A stretch of 33,385 nucleotides of DNA from Candidatus Gottesmanbacteria bacterium (GTDB lineage Bacteria; Patescibacteriota; Microgenomatia; UBA10105; UBA927), in the NCBI GenBank assembly GCA_016199185.1, contig JACQHE010000057.1:1-33385 (forward strand), given 5' to 3'. Position numbers and translations under genes: made by a program. Below the pieces are notes generated by a model. The model had not been told where the DNA came from. It ran no database searches and worked only from the letters and a program-made list of their open reading frames with translations. Within the stretch, counting starts at the first letter, position 1, and each line of letters begins with the position of its first letter. This document shows, piece after piece, positions 15,593 to 24,572 of this stretch.

Positions 15593-16879
15593 ATGACCAG
15601 AGGTTTTTCAAAGATAAAACGCATCTACTTCGTGGGCATAAAGGGAGTTGCCATGGCAGCGTTGGCGGTGTGGGCGAAGGAGACAGGAAAGATTATCGCC
15701 GGAAGTGACGTGGGGGAGGAGTTCCCGACGGATGAAGAGCTTCGTAAAGCAGGGATTGCCGTTCACGAAGGGTTTGACGAAGCCCACTTCGTGGCCTTCA
15801 AACCGGATCTGGTCATCTATACCGGCGCGCACGGTGGTCGGGATAATCCACAGGTTCAGGAGGCCATGAAACAGAAAATTCCGTCGCTCCCTCATGGCAA
15901 GGCGTTAGGAATGGCGATGGAGGGTAAGCGGCAAATTTCCGTAGCCGGAAGCCACGGGAAAACGACGACGAGCGCCATGATCGCCACCATCCTGACCCAG
16001 GCCGGTCTGGATCCCTCCTACGCCATCGGATGTGGTTCTATCCGTGGGCTTGGTGCCGCCGGACATGCAGGGAAGGGTGAGTGGTTTGTAGCAGAGGCCG
16101 ATGAATATGTGACGGATCCCGGCCATGACCAGACCCCGAGATTTCTGTGGCAAACGCCAGAAATACTTGTGGTTACCAACATAGACTTTGATCACCCGGA
16201 TGTCTACGCTGACCTTACGGCGGTACAACAGGCTTTTGTAGCATTACAAAGGAAGAGTAAATTAACCATCATTAATGCAGACGATCCGGCAAGTTCAGTT
16301 CTTCGCGGCGCCCAACGCGTGATTCTGTTCGGGCATACGCGGTTACCTGATGTTTCGCTTCAGATTTTTGGTGTACACAACATGCTTAACGCCGCCGCGG
16401 CCTTCACGGCATGCGAAGCCATCGGTATTGCGCGGGATGTCATTAAGCGCGGGCTTGAGCGCTTCGGCGGCACGAAGCGTAGGCTTGAGAAACTAGGAGA
16501 AGTGCGCGGAGCCGTTATCTATGACGATTATGCACATCACCCCAAGGAAATCCAAGCCACCATTGCTGCGATTCGGCAGCAGTATCCAAGCCGGCGCGTG
16601 ATCATCGTTTTCCAACCACATACCTACTCACGCACGAAAGCATTACTGACTGATTTTTCGCGGGCGCTTGTGAAGGCAGATATCGCCCTCGTGACGGATG
16701 TCTATGCCTCCGCCCGGGAGGCCCAGACAGAGGAGGGGCTCGTCCAGCGGCTGGGCGGTATCTATGCTCCCACAAGAAACGATGTCTCCGAATGGTTGGA
16801 AAAAGAGCTTAACGAGAATGACGTGATAGTATTCATGGGTGCGGGAGACATTTACCAGTGGGCGAGGAAGATACTATGA
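15593..16879 (+). CDS. murC: UDP-N-acetylmuramate--L-alanine ligase
   Basis: VGIKGVAM, AGSHGKTTT, EADEY, NIDFDHPD, DDYAHHPKEI, FQPHTYSRT, MGAGDI. Confidence 0.95.
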   Translation: MTRGFSKIKRIYFVGIKGVAMAALAVWAKETGKIIAGSDVGEEFPTDEELRKAGIAVHEGFDEAHFVAFKPDLVIYTGAHGGRDNPQVQEAMKQKIPSLPHGKALGMAMEGKRQISVAGSHGKTTTSAMIATILTQAGLDPSYAIGCGSIRGLGAAGHAGKGEWFVAEADEYVTDPGHDQTPRFLWQTPEILVVTNIDFDHPDVYADLTAVQQAFVALQRKSKLTIINADDPASSVLRGAQRVILFGHTRLPDVSLQIFGVHNMLNAAAAFTACEAIGIARDVIKRGLERFGGTKRRLEKLGEVRGAVIYDDYAHHPKEIQATIAAIRQQYPSRRVIIVFQPHTYSRTKALLTDFSRALVKADIALVTDVYASAREAQTEEGLVQRLGGIYAPTRNDVSEWLEKELNENDVIVFMGAGDIYQWARKIL

Positions 16880-17658
16880 GAAAAATTAAGGACGAGGTAA
16901 ACTATTTTTTTGTAGACGAATCAGGCGATCCGTATTTTTATAACAGGTACGGCAATTATATTGTTGGTACAGAAGGTTGTTCAAAAATTCTTATACTTGG
17001 GTTCATTAGGACCGGAAATCCCAAAGAACTTCGTGAGGCAATAGTTAAAATAAAAGATGAAATCAAAAATGATTCGTATTTACAGGCAATTCTTTCGTTT
17101 AGAAAATCCCTTAATTATTTCCATGCAACTGATGATTCTCCGGAAGTTCGAGAGAAGGTTTTCAAAACAATTGTCGGTTTAGCCTTCAAGGCCGAATTTA
17201 TAGTTGCCAGAAAAATTGAAAGCGTCTTTCGTTTTAAACATAAAGGGAAACCCAATCTTTTTTACGATGATCTAATAAGCAAATTATTTCAAAATCAACT
17301 CCATGCATCAAAACAGAATGTTATTTATTTTTCTGTTAGAACGAACAGGGCGCGTCAAATTCCTCTTGAAGAAGCTATACAAAAAGCAGTTATCGCTTTT
17401 GAAAATAAATGGAAAACGAAAGTTGAATCGGAAATAAAAATCTATCCGCAAGCTCCGCAAGCCGAACCCTGCTTGCAGATCATTGATTATATTATTTGGA
17501 CGGTTCAAAGAGCTTTTGTTAAAAAAGAAACGAGGTACCTCGATTATGTAAAAAACAAAGTTTCTTTAATTGTGGATATATACGATTTTGAGAATTTTGG
17601 AAAGAACTATTATACAAAGAAAAATCCTTTAGACATAAACAAAATAAGTCCTCTATGA
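16876..17658 (+). CDS. DUF3800-family protein (predicted RNase H-like fold)
   Basis: N-terminal FVDESGD, FHATDD and C-terminal LQIIDY (QxxD) motifs; AT-rich; ATGA overlap with murC stop. Confidence 0.8.
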   Translation: MRKIKDEVNYFFVDESGDPYFYNRYGNYIVGTEGCSKILILGFIRTGNPKELREAIVKIKDEIKNDSYLQAILSFRKSLNYFHATDDSPEVREKVFKTIVGLAFKAEFIVARKIESVFRFKHKGKPNLFYDDLISKLFQNQLHASKQNVIYFSVRTNRARQIPLEEAIQKAVIAFENKWKTKVESEIKIYPQAPQAEPCLQIIDYIIWTVQRAFVKKETRYLDYVKNKVSLIVDIYDFENFGKNYYTKKNPLDINKISPL

Positions 17659-17748
17659 CTAGTCCGCCTTGCGGTGGAGCACGGCATGAAGCCGAATATC
17701 ATCAAAAAGGACTTATTATGGGTGTGAAGAACTTCACAACCACACATA
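17643..17748. ncRNA. Candidate structured ncRNA associated with the DUF3800 gene (strand uncertain, possibly minus)
   Basis: 10-bp stem 17643-17652/17708-17717 enclosing two hairpins, plus a third hairpin at 17723-17738. Confidence 0.6.
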
Positions 17749-17777
17749 GTATATACAATATGTCAAACAAAATGCAA
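17748..17777 (-). promoter_or_regulatory. Candidate minus-strand sigma70 promoter TTGCAT-N18-TATACT
   Basis: Forward ATGCAA 17772-17777 and AGTATA 17748-17753; points into the structured element. Confidence 0.45.
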
Positions 17778-18743
17778 ATTAAAAGTTCAAAAGAAGGGTT
17801 CGTCTCCTTTCAACAAAACGTGCCGCTTTCACCGTTTACGACGCTCAAGATCGGCGGTCCTGCAGACTTGTTTTACGAAGCTCGAAGTGTAGAGGAGTTT
17901 GTTGCCGCGATAGTCAAAGGACGAGGGATGAAGGCTCCGGTCACCATCTTAGGCGGCGGGTCCAATATTCTTATCGCAGATGGCGGAATTCGTGGATTAG
18001 TCGTCAAAAACAATACGGGTGCGATCACGATCCGTGGCATGAAGGGCACGTACCAGGGGGGTGAGGCCAAGGGCAAGGTATTTGTCGAGGCAGATTCCGG
18101 TGTGGTATTCAATAAGCTCGTTCGCTTTACGGTGGAAGAAGGGCTTGGGGGACTGGAAGCACATCTGGGGCTCCCCGGCACCGTGGGTGGCGCGATATTT
18201 ATGAACTCCAAGTGGACCAAACCAGAGGCGTACGTGGGAGACGCCGTCTATCAGGTGACTATCCTTACGCCTCGGAACGATATCAAGGTAGTGGACCGGT
18301 CATACTTCCGGTTCGCCTATGACGCGAGTATCATCCAGAAAAGCGGAGATATAGCGCTGCGCGTGGTATTTGCGCTCACACCGCAAAACAAGGAAGATCT
18401 GTGGAAGGTTGCCAATCAAAGCGTCGCGTATCGCAGAGAGAGTCAACCACAAGGAGTCAAAAGCCCGGGGTGTACGTTCCGTAATATCTCCAAAGCCGAT
18501 GCTGTAGCAGTCGCAACCCCGGGCCACACGACGTCCGCCGGGTTTCTCGTGGATCACGCGGGGCTCAAAGGGGCAGCCGTTGGGGATGCCCAAATTTCTC
18601 CGATTCATGCTAATTTCATCATCAACAACGGACGAGCCAGCGCTCGCGACGTGGTAGAATTGATTGAGCGTGCCCGGGCCAAGGTGAAGAAACAGTTTGG
18701 GGTAGAACTTGAGGAAGAGATTGTACGGTTAGGAGAGTTTTGA
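17772..18743 (+). CDS. murB: UDP-N-acetylenolpyruvoylglucosamine reductase
   Basis: TTLKIGGPAD, LGGGSNILIADGG, LPGTVGGAIFMN, SPGCTFRN, HANFIIN; start could be 17760 or 17772. Confidence 0.95.
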   Translation: MQIKSSKEGFVSFQQNVPLSPFTTLKIGGPADLFYEARSVEEFVAAIVKGRGMKAPVTILGGGSNILIADGGIRGLVVKNNTGAITIRGMKGTYQGGEAKGKVFVEADSGVVFNKLVRFTVEEGLGGLEAHLGLPGTVGGAIFMNSKWTKPEAYVGDAVYQVTILTPRNDIKVVDRSYFRFAYDASIIQKSGDIALRVVFALTPQNKEDLWKVANQSVAYRRESQPQGVKSPGCTFRNISKADAVAVATPGHTTSAGFLVDHAGLKGAAVGDAQISPIHANFIINNGRASARDVVELIERARAKVKKQFGVELEEEIVRLGEF

Positions 18744-18744
18744 T

Positions 18745-20085
18745 ATGGATACATTTATAATTTCTGGCGGAAAGCCATTGCACGGTGAGGTGAAACTCGG
18801 CGGTGCCAAAAATGTGGCGCTCAAACTCATGGTGGCAGGCCTTCTCACGGATGAACCCCTTATCATCCATAATGTTCCGGATATCCGCGACGTTGCGATT
18901 ATGCTTGAGGTGCTGGCAAGTCTCGGTACCACGGTTGATCGCAAGGGGAGTACGTTGACCATCCATAACGGTCATGCACGTCAATTCCAAGTGCCTCTGG
19001 ACATCGGTGCCCGGCTTCGCACGTCTTCGATGGTCATCGGGCCGCTTCTCGCCCGCTTTGGCCGCGCGATGATCCCCAACCCCGGCGGATGCAGGATCGG
19101 CGCCCGTCCGATCGACCGGCATATCGAGGCGCTTCGTAGCATGGGAGCCGCGATAGAATATCATTCCGAGGACGGATACTTTTATGCCACTTCGCCCGAG
19201 GGGCTGCGCGGCACGAGCTATGAATTTACGAAGAACTCGCATACCGGCACGGAAACCGTCATTCTTGCGGCAGTGCTTGCGGCGGGAACGACGGTCATTA
19301 AAGGAGCGGCAGAAGAGGTGGAAATCGATGAGCTTATAGCCCTTCTCGACCATATGGGCGCGCGGATACGACGGAGTGCGCCTCGAGAAATTACGATTGA
19401 AGGCGTTTCATCCTTGCGCGGCACGCAGTATACGATTATGCCGGATCGCAATGAAGAGGTGACGTTTGCTATAGCGGCAGCTATTACCGGCGGCGATATT
19501 ACCGTTATAGGATCCCAGCGCCAGCACCTTTCGGCCTTTTTCGAAGTGTTTGCAGTTGCCGGCGGTGGATACGAAGCGATTGATGCCACGAAAACCCGTT
19601 ACTTTCGACAGAATAAAATCATTTCTGTTGACGTTCTAACCCAACAGCACCCCGGCTTTATGACGGATTGGCAGGCGCCCTGGGCTGTCCTCATGACCCA
19701 GGCGACGGGTACCGCGACCATCCATGAAACGGTATTTGAGAACCGATTCGGGTACGCAGAGGAACTCAAAAAAATGGGCGCCCAAATCGAACCATACGAC
19801 CCCGACGTTGCCAATCCGGCAGGTTTTTACAACTTCAACTGGGAGGATCATACGCCTGGAGATTATCACGCCATCCGTATTCATGGCCCGACTACGCTCC
19901 ACAACGCCATTCTCACAATGAATGATCTTCGCGCGGGCGCGACGCTCGTGCTTGCTGCCCTTGCCGCCCACGGGCAAAGTGTCCTCCATGGCGTGGAGCA
20001 CATCGACCGGGGATATGAGAAAATAGAAGAGCGGCTTCGCGGGATGGGAGCCGTCATTGAACGGGTGAAGGAGGAAAGGGTATGA
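18745..20085 (+). CDS. murA: UDP-N-acetylglucosamine 1-carboxyvinyltransferase
   Basis: GAKN, PGGCRIGARPIDRH (active-site Cys), HPGFMTDWQ, DLRAGA, HIDRGYE. Confidence 0.96.
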   Translation: MDTFIISGGKPLHGEVKLGGAKNVALKLMVAGLLTDEPLIIHNVPDIRDVAIMLEVLASLGTTVDRKGSTLTIHNGHARQFQVPLDIGARLRTSSMVIGPLLARFGRAMIPNPGGCRIGARPIDRHIEALRSMGAAIEYHSEDGYFYATSPEGLRGTSYEFTKNSHTGTETVILAAVLAAGTTVIKGAAEEVEIDELIALLDHMGARIRRSAPREITIEGVSSLRGTQYTIMPDRNEEVTFAIAAAITGGDITVIGSQRQHLSAFFEVFAVAGGGYEAIDATKTRYFRQNKIISVDVLTQQHPGFMTDWQAPWAVLMTQATGTATIHETVFENRFGYAEELKKMGAQIEPYDPDVANPAGFYNFNWEDHTPGDYHAIRIHGPTTLHNAILTMNDLRAGATLVLAALAAHGQSVLHGVEHIDRGYEKIEERLRGMGAVIERVKEERV

Positions 20086-21317
20086 AAAAAGATCTTGTTG
20101 CCGTCGTCCTTGCCGGCGGCGAAGGCAAACGCTTTTGGCCGATTACGACGGACAAAAATCTTTTCCCCTTTTTTGGGAAAACATTCTTTGAGCATGCGAT
20201 TGCTCATTCTTTACCGAAAGAAGTTTCTCGGGTGGTTGTGGTCGCCAACGAGGATAATGCCCCGTTTTTTCAGTCGTTTACGTTTTCTGTTCCCCACGAC
20301 GTTGTTACCCAAAAATCTGCCAAAGGTATGTCCGATGCAGTGTTAGCTGCATCAGCAAAACTTCAGGGAGCGAGCTTGTTAATAGTGATTGCTGATGTAT
20401 TGGAAGATGGTTCAGTATTTCGGAGAATAGTTAAGCGAGGATTATCCGAACGAGTTTTTGGGGTGATTGCCGGGTGGAAGCCTGATACGTACTATCCGGG
20501 GGGATACCTGGCATTGAAAGGAAGTAAAATTCTCGGAATTCATGAAAAACCTGGACAGGGTAACGAACCGAGTCAATATGTGAATGTTTCAGGCCATTTT
20601 ATTGCCCACGCCGGTAAACTCGTTGCAGCGATTCGTGGGACCCGCAGCGATGCAGATGACCTATACGAAAAAGCAGTAACGTCGCTCATGCAGAGCGAAG
20701 AATTTGTATTAGAGCCTTATGACGGTCCGGTAACATCTCTTAAGTATCCATGGCATGTATTGGATGTGATGGATGTTTTATTGAAGGACATCTCGTCTCA
20801 TCAGGGAAAGAATCTTGAAATACGTAACAACGTCGTGATAGAAGGCAATGTGACGTTTGGCGATAACGTAAAAGTTTTTGAGAACACAAAGATCGTAGGG
20901 CCGTGTTACATCGGCGAGAACACGATTATCGGCAACAACAATATAGTGAGACACAGCCACATCGGTGCGGGCTGTGTGACGGGATTTAACACCGATATCA
21001 CCAGAAGCTACATCGGCGATAACTGCTGGTTCCATAGTAATTATATCGGGGATAGTGTGATTGAAGAAGACGTCAGCATGGGGTCGGGGACAGTGTGTGC
21101 GAATTTACGACTTGATAGGGGAGAAATAGCTTCGGCTATCGGAGACAATCGGATGAATACCCGACGGACCAAACTCGGTGCTCTGATTGGGAAAAACGTT
21201 CGCATTGGGGTCAACACGAGCTTCATGCCTGGTGTGAGAATCGGCAGCAACTCTATGGTTGGGGCAGGATTGGTAGTCAGTCGTGATATCTCGGACGCCA
21301 GTAAAAAACTTCTATGA
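20082..21317 (+). CDS. Bifunctional sugar-1-phosphate nucleotidyltransferase/acetyltransferase (GlmU-like, archaeal-type architecture)
   Basis: LAGGEGKRFWP, EKP, YPWHVL, hexapeptide repeats, YIGDSVI, ANLRLD. Confidence 0.85.
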   Translation: MKKDLVAVVLAGGEGKRFWPITTDKNLFPFFGKTFFEHAIAHSLPKEVSRVVVVANEDNAPFFQSFTFSVPHDVVTQKSAKGMSDAVLAASAKLQGASLLIVIADVLEDGSVFRRIVKRGLSERVFGVIAGWKPDTYYPGGYLALKGSKILGIHEKPGQGNEPSQYVNVSGHFIAHAGKLVAAIRGTRSDADDLYEKAVTSLMQSEEFVLEPYDGPVTSLKYPWHVLDVMDVLLKDISSHQGKNLEIRNNVVIEGNVTFGDNVKVFENTKIVGPCYIGENTIIGNNNIVRHSHIGAGCVTGFNTDITRSYIGDNCWFHSNYIGDSVIEEDVSMGSGTVCANLRLDRGEIASAIGDNRMNTRRTKLGALIGKNVRIGVNTSFMPGVRIGSNSMVGAGLVVSRDISDASKKLL

Positions 21318-22042
21318 ATCGTTCTGCGGTCGTCATTCTTCACGGGTGGGGGTTGTCAGGGGAAACATTTACTCCGCTTGGCGGTGAATTGAAGAAATGC
21401 GGGTACCGCGTCTGGGCGCCGGATATGCCGGGATTTGGGGATGCCCGGAGGCCGGAGAAGCCGATGTCCCTTACAGACTACGTGAAGTTTTTGGATGAAT
21501 ATCTGGAAAAGAACCGAATAGAGCGTCCTGTTTTTATCGGACACTCCTTCGGTGGGAGAGTGTCGCTTAAATACCATGAGTTGCATCCAAATAGTGTTCG
21601 AGCACTTATTTTATCCGGAACACCTGGATTTACCCCGATACCAAAGAAAAAACTTCTGCTTTTTATTGCTTTGGCGAAAATCGGGGGATTTTTGTTTTCA
21701 ATTCCTCCGTTTCATCTCTTTCAGGACGCGGTAAGACGGTGGTATTACTATGTGGTGGGGGCCAGAGAGTTTTTTCGAGCGCAGGGGGCCATGCGGGAGA
21801 CGTTTAAGCAGATTGTGAAGGAGGATTTGGTTGCTGCCATGGAGGCCGTGGATATCCCCACGCTCCTTCTTTGGGGTGAATACGATATTATCGTGCCCGT
21901 ATCCATAGCCGAGCGTATGCACCAGGTGATCGCCGGATCAGAGCTTATTGTCATCCCCGAAGCCGACCACGGCGTGCCGTTTAAACAACCGGAGGTTTTC
22001 ATTTCCTACGTCTTACGCTTTATGAAAACATGGAAACTGTGA
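21314..22042 (+). CDS. Alpha/beta hydrolase
   Basis: LHGWG, PDMPGFG, GHSFGG nucleophile elbow, WGEYD, C-terminal His. Confidence 0.92.
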   Translation: MNRSAVVILHGWGLSGETFTPLGGELKKCGYRVWAPDMPGFGDARRPEKPMSLTDYVKFLDEYLEKNRIERPVFIGHSFGGRVSLKYHELHPNSVRALILSGTPGFTPIPKKKLLLFIALAKIGGFLFSIPPFHLFQDAVRRWYYYVVGAREFFRAQGAMRETFKQIVKEDLVAAMEAVDIPTLLLWGEYDIIVPVSIAERMHQVIAGSELIVIPEADHGVPFKQPEVFISYVLRFMKTWKL

Positions 22043-23454
22043 TATTTTTTGTTATTGTTGCCTGGGCGATTCGGATACTACTCAATACGCTTAGCTACGC
22101 GGAAGTGTGGTGGGTGAAGGAGTACCGTTGGGACAGGATGCGTATTCACCTGCGCACGCCGCAGGGCAAACGCTTCTGGTGGCCTCCTCGCCGCCGACCG
22201 CCAATCACACCGAAGTCCACACTTTTGGTTGTCTTAAGTTTAATGGTGAGCGGTAGCATAGTCTGGTTCTTTCCGTGGGTTGTGCTTCTCCGTTTGTTGA
22301 TCGCAGATTTGTTGAGTTTCCCGATGACGTGGATCCTTGTTTTGCTCCTTAACGCGCCGGTGAAGCTCTATCACACCGTTCTTATCGCGCTTGCCGTGAG
22401 GAAGCTAGGCTCGCATACGTCCATGACGGTCATCGGCATCACGGGAAGCTATGGCAAGACGTCCGTCAAGGACTATCTAGCAACCATCCTTTCGGCAAAG
22501 TTTAAGGTGCTCAAAACCGAGGCGAGCAAAAACTCGCCCATTGGGATCGCGGAGGTAATTCTCAAAAGCTTAAAACCGGAACATGAAATGTTTGTGGTGG
22601 AGATGGGCGCGTACAAAATCGGAGAGATCGCGGAGATGGTCAGAATGGTCAGACCGGAGATCGGCATCATCACCGCGATTAACCCCCAGCATCAGGACTT
22701 ATTCGGGACGCTTGAGAACACGATGAAGGTCAAATACGAACTGTTTGCCGGTCTTGCGGGCAGGCGGATAGCCATCGTGAATGCCGATGATGCGCGCGTA
22801 CGGACCATGGCCGGATGGGCAGGGCGCGATGGGTGCGACGTCTGGGAGGGGAGAATCAGAACTACGGATATCAAAGCCGGGCTTGACGGCATTTCATTTA
22901 CCGCGAACTTTGGGAAAGTAAAAGCAGACGTGCGCGCGCGTGTTGTTGGCAAGCATCAGGCAACCAATATCGTGCTTGCGATCTCAGGCGCCGTGGCTGC
23001 CGGTATGACGCTACCGGAGGCAGCCCGCGCAACGTCGCATATACAGCCGGCAGCAAAAGTACTGGAGATTGTTCCCGGCGTCAACGGCTCGACGTTCATC
23101 AACGATACCTTTAACAACAATCCTGATGCTGCAAAAGCCGCATTAGACGTGCTCGCGTGGGGAAAAGGAAAAAAATATTTGGTGTTCCAACCCATGATTG
23201 AACTGGGTGCATACGCACCCAAAAGCCATGAAGAGGTGGGCAGCTACGCCGGAAACATTTGCGATGAAATTATCCTTACCAATCGTAATTTTGTTGAGGA
23301 CTTCGCCCGCGGCGAGCGAAAAACAGGGAAAGGCGTTACCGTTTTGTCCTCTCAAAAAGCAGCAGTGAGAATACAACAGAACGTCACAACGGGAGACGTC
23401 GTGTTGTTTAAGGGCAAAGAAGCGGAACATGTGTTGCGAATACTATGCAAGTAA
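22030..23454 (+). CDS. murF: MurF ligase with an N-terminal membrane region
   Basis: GITGSYGKTSVK, VVEMGAYKIGEI, INDTFNNNP, MIELG, VLFKG. Confidence 0.88.
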   Translation: METVIFFVIVAWAIRILLNTLSYAEVWWVKEYRWDRMRIHLRTPQGKRFWWPPRRRPPITPKSTLLVVLSLMVSGSIVWFFPWVVLLRLLIADLLSFPMTWILVLLLNAPVKLYHTVLIALAVRKLGSHTSMTVIGITGSYGKTSVKDYLATILSAKFKVLKTEASKNSPIGIAEVILKSLKPEHEMFVVEMGAYKIGEIAEMVRMVRPEIGIITAINPQHQDLFGTLENTMKVKYELFAGLAGRRIAIVNADDARVRTMAGWAGRDGCDVWEGRIRTTDIKAGLDGISFTANFGKVKADVRARVVGKHQATNIVLAISGAVAAGMTLPEAARATSHIQPAAKVLEIVPGVNGSTFINDTFNNNPDAAKAALDVLAWGKGKKYLVFQPMIELGAYAPKSHEEVGSYAGNICDEIILTNRNFVEDFARGERKTGKGVTVLSSQKAAVRIQQNVTTGDVVLFKGKEAEHVLRILCK

Positions 23455-24572
23455 TATCTTCATCGTTGTCACCAGACACAGAAAGAGAGGACGCTTTTGA
23501 AGCGTTGCGTATTCTTTCTCATCCTGCATCCTGGCAACAAGGGAGTGCAATAGATACGGTTGAAAAGTGGTTTAACGGCGTTTCTTTTGATAGCGGCCGT
23601 ACGGCGTTTTACGCACTTTTAAGAGCATTTGATGTTGGCCGAGATGACGAAGTGCTTATCCAGGCATTTACGTGTGTGGCGGTCCCCAATAGCGTGCGGT
23701 GGGCAGGAGCAGCGCCGGTCTATGTGGATATCGACGAGAGCTTCAATATCGATCCCAAAGATTTGAAAAAAAAGATTACCAAGCGTTCCAAGGCAATCGT
23801 CGTTCAGCATACGTTTGGAGTCCCGGCGCAGATGGATGCAATCCTCGTGATTGCAAAGAAATATAAACTCATCGTTATCGAGGACTGCGCGCATGCTTTG
23901 GGAGCGAAATACAATGGGAGAAAAATTGGCACACTTGGCGATGCGGCGTTTTTCAGCTTCGGGAGGGATAAGGTAGTCTCCAGCGTGTGGGGAGGGATGG
24001 CCACTATAAATGACAAATGTCAAATGACAAATGTCAAATGGAAGATTAAAGAGATACAAAACAAATTATCTTATCCATCAAATTCATGGATAGTACAACA
24101 ATTACTGCACCCGATTGCGTTTGCGGTGATACTGCCGACCTACAATATTGTATTCGGGAAGGTGATGCTGGAAGCAATGAAGCAATTGCATCTTCTCTCA
24201 ATACCAAACCCGCCGTTTCTATCGCCGCGCCGCTATCCCAATGCGCTCGCCCAACTTCTCGTCAAGCAGCTTGTCAAACTTGAACGATACAACGACCAGC
24301 GCCGCCGCATCGCCTCGTATTATCACGATGTCTTGCGATCGGGAATAGTGGACAAGGAGGCTATATATTTACGATACTCGATTCGAGTCGATGATCCTCT
24401 AAATGTGATACGGCAAGCAAAGCGACATGGTATTCTCTTGGGTAATTGGTATCATGATAGTGTCGATTCGACAGGGAGTTGTCCGCGGGCGGAAGATGCG
24501 GCTGCCCATATAGTGAATTTACCCACGCTGATTACAGAAGAGGAGGCACGGCAGGTGCTCTATGCAATTTAA
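23445..24572 (+). CDS. DegT/DnrJ/EryC1/StrS-family PLP enzyme
   Basis: FDSGRTA, FTCVAVPN, IEDCAHALG, FSFGRDK (PLP Lys), VNLP. Confidence 0.88.
   Translation: MQVISSSLSPDTEREDAFEALRILSHPASWQQGSAIDTVEKWFNGVSFDSGRTAFYALLRAFDVGRDDEVLIQAFTCVAVPNSVRWAGAAPVYVDIDESFNIDPKDLKKKITKRSKAIVVQHTFGVPAQMDAILVIAKKYKLIVIEDCAHALGAKYNGRKIGTLGDAAFFSFGRDKVVSSVWGGMATINDKCQMTNVKWKIKEIQNKLSYPSNSWIVQQLLHPIAFAVILPTYNIVFGKVMLEAMKQLHLLSIPNPPFLSPRRYPNALAQLLVKQLVKLERYNDQRRRIASYYHDVLRSGIVDKEAIYLRYSIRVDDPLNVIRQAKRHGILLGNWYHDSVDSTGSCPRAEDAAAHIVNLPTLITEEEARQVLYAI
24008..24042 (+). repeat. Heptamer tandem repeat AAATG(A/T)C x5 inside the DegT-family CDS
   Basis: aaatgac-aaatgtc-aaatgac-aaatgtc-aaatgga. Confidence 0.85.

Noticed and set aside
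17643..17717. tRNA or rho-independent terminator call for the post-DUF3800 structure
   Set aside because: No TTC T-loop, anticodon arm or CCA geometry, and no U-tract after the + strand hairpins.
17655..17759. Long N-terminal extension of MurB
   Set aside because: Translates the structured element and has no MurB similarity; translational coupling from ATG 17655 cannot be fully excluded.
18622..19353. 243-aa minus-strand ORF
   Set aside because: Antisense to murB and murA; no motif.
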